In this document: positions 63,077 through 64,000 of the stretch, in pieces | How the letters are laid out: every line of letters starts with the position of its first letter | Numbering within the stretch: the stretch's first letter is position 1 | DNA from: Amphiscolops sp. MND2022 | Taxonomy: Eukaryota | Direction of reading: 5' to 3' | NCBI GenBank assembly: GCA_964187785.1 | Contig: OZ076409.1 | Span: 63,366,001 to 63,430,000, forward strand | Length of the DNA stretch: 64,000 nt | Notes under the pieces: generated by a model | Database searches by the model: none | The model's input: the letters and a program-made list of their open reading frames with translations, nothing else | What the model was told of the DNA's origin: nothing | Made by a program: the position numbers and the translations under genes

Positions 63077-63568
63077 TGTTGTGACTCAACATTTTGATCG
63101 ATGAATTTCGACGTGAAATCTTTTGAATAATTTTTGATTGTTGTTTAATTCGTATTGCTCATAGCAAGTTCTCCTGAATGGAATTATTCAAAAGTTAATC
63201 TTTGCGTTTTTGCAAGATATAGAAACGAAACTCAAGAAAAGAAAAGAGAAAGAGGAAACCAATTCTACAGGTGAATATATTTTGAAACTGTCCCCTCTTT
63301 GTTACCCCTCCTCTTTTCTGATTATTCTTATATAATAAAAATATTTTATATAATATCAGTTATTTTACTGGTCTCAACCTTTTACTAACCTCAGGTTAGT
63401 AAAAGGTTGAGACCAGTAAAATAACTGATATTATATAAAATATATTTATTATATAAGAATAATATAAGGCTTAGTCAGTGTTTCCGGGCATTTCCTGACC
63501 ATTCATTTTATGGCCACTGTCCCCACGACTGCTATGACGAATTCACCCATTATGCGAGGTCAGTAACA
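63077..63568 (+). repeat. 3' LTR of BEL/Pao element 2 containing an inverted duplication (63321-63463)
   Basis: 71-bp arms, 1-nt loop and one mismatch; the palindrome is absent from the 5' LTR. Confidence 0.93.
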
Positions 63569-64000
63569 ATCGTCGATGATGATGATGAACAGTGTTCTGG
63601 AAAGACTGCCTTTGAAGTCGGCGGTACCACCCAGACTACGGCGGTGAACTATTGCTTAAAATTCGGTCCTGACCCACTGAAGATTTTCTATAAGATGATC
63701 GATCCAACATGGTTGATAATAATTGCATCCGTTAGGTGTAACATAATGTTTTCTAACTTCACGTCAAATAATAATAATTTTGTTAACTTCAGTGAGTGAT
63801 CAACGATAAAAACAAATTTTCGAAGAAAAGTTGACTGTTGTTCGCTTCATCGTTGAAGCCAAATCCTGGGACCGAGAAGCTGCGAAAAATGTTTTTTTTT
63901 GTATTTGAGGGACAAAGTTAGGAGTCCGGTGAGTCTCTGCCAATAGTGAATACCAGATAAAAAATAACAGGAAAATATGCATAACGATCATCACAAGAAA

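Larger units (their letters stand above)
56183..63568 (+). mobile_element. Full-length, decayed BEL/Pao LTR retrotransposon (element 2)
   Basis: LTRs 56183-56594 and 63077-63568 have TGTTG..TAACA ends; flanks AGCGT/ATCGT match 4/5. The PBS TGGCGCCCAACGTG (56602) is complementary to tRNA-Lys. gag-pol contains several stops and frameshifts. Confidence 0.95.

Overview
AT-rich, repeat-dense genomic DNA from an intron-containing eukaryote, probably an invertebrate animal; the taxon cannot be fixed from the sequence. Four host genes lie head-to-tail on the minus strand. In transcription order they are a rhodanese/sulfurtransferase (3 exons, 40673-35414), a second rhodanese paralog (5 exons, 25661-21734), UTP6 (5 exons, 21045-10547) and a DDX5/DDX17(Dbp2)-type DEAD-box helicase (3 exons, 10313-7730). 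All four have a TTTCAG splice acceptor 6-62 nt upstream of the ATG, and UTP6 ends only 233 bp before the helicase start, which suggests a polycistronic, SL trans-spliced operon. Most other sequence is transposon-derived: a young intact BEL/Pao LTR element, an older BEL/Pao element with an extra SGNH-fold-like ORF ahead of gag, a decayed Ty3/Gypsy element, Tc1 and hAT remnants, a Ginger-like non-autonomous element carrying an LTR-PBS-gag fragment, and Helentron/DINE-1-like repeats. There are also five near-perfect fold-back palindromes; one clearly arose de novo inside one LTR of a pair.
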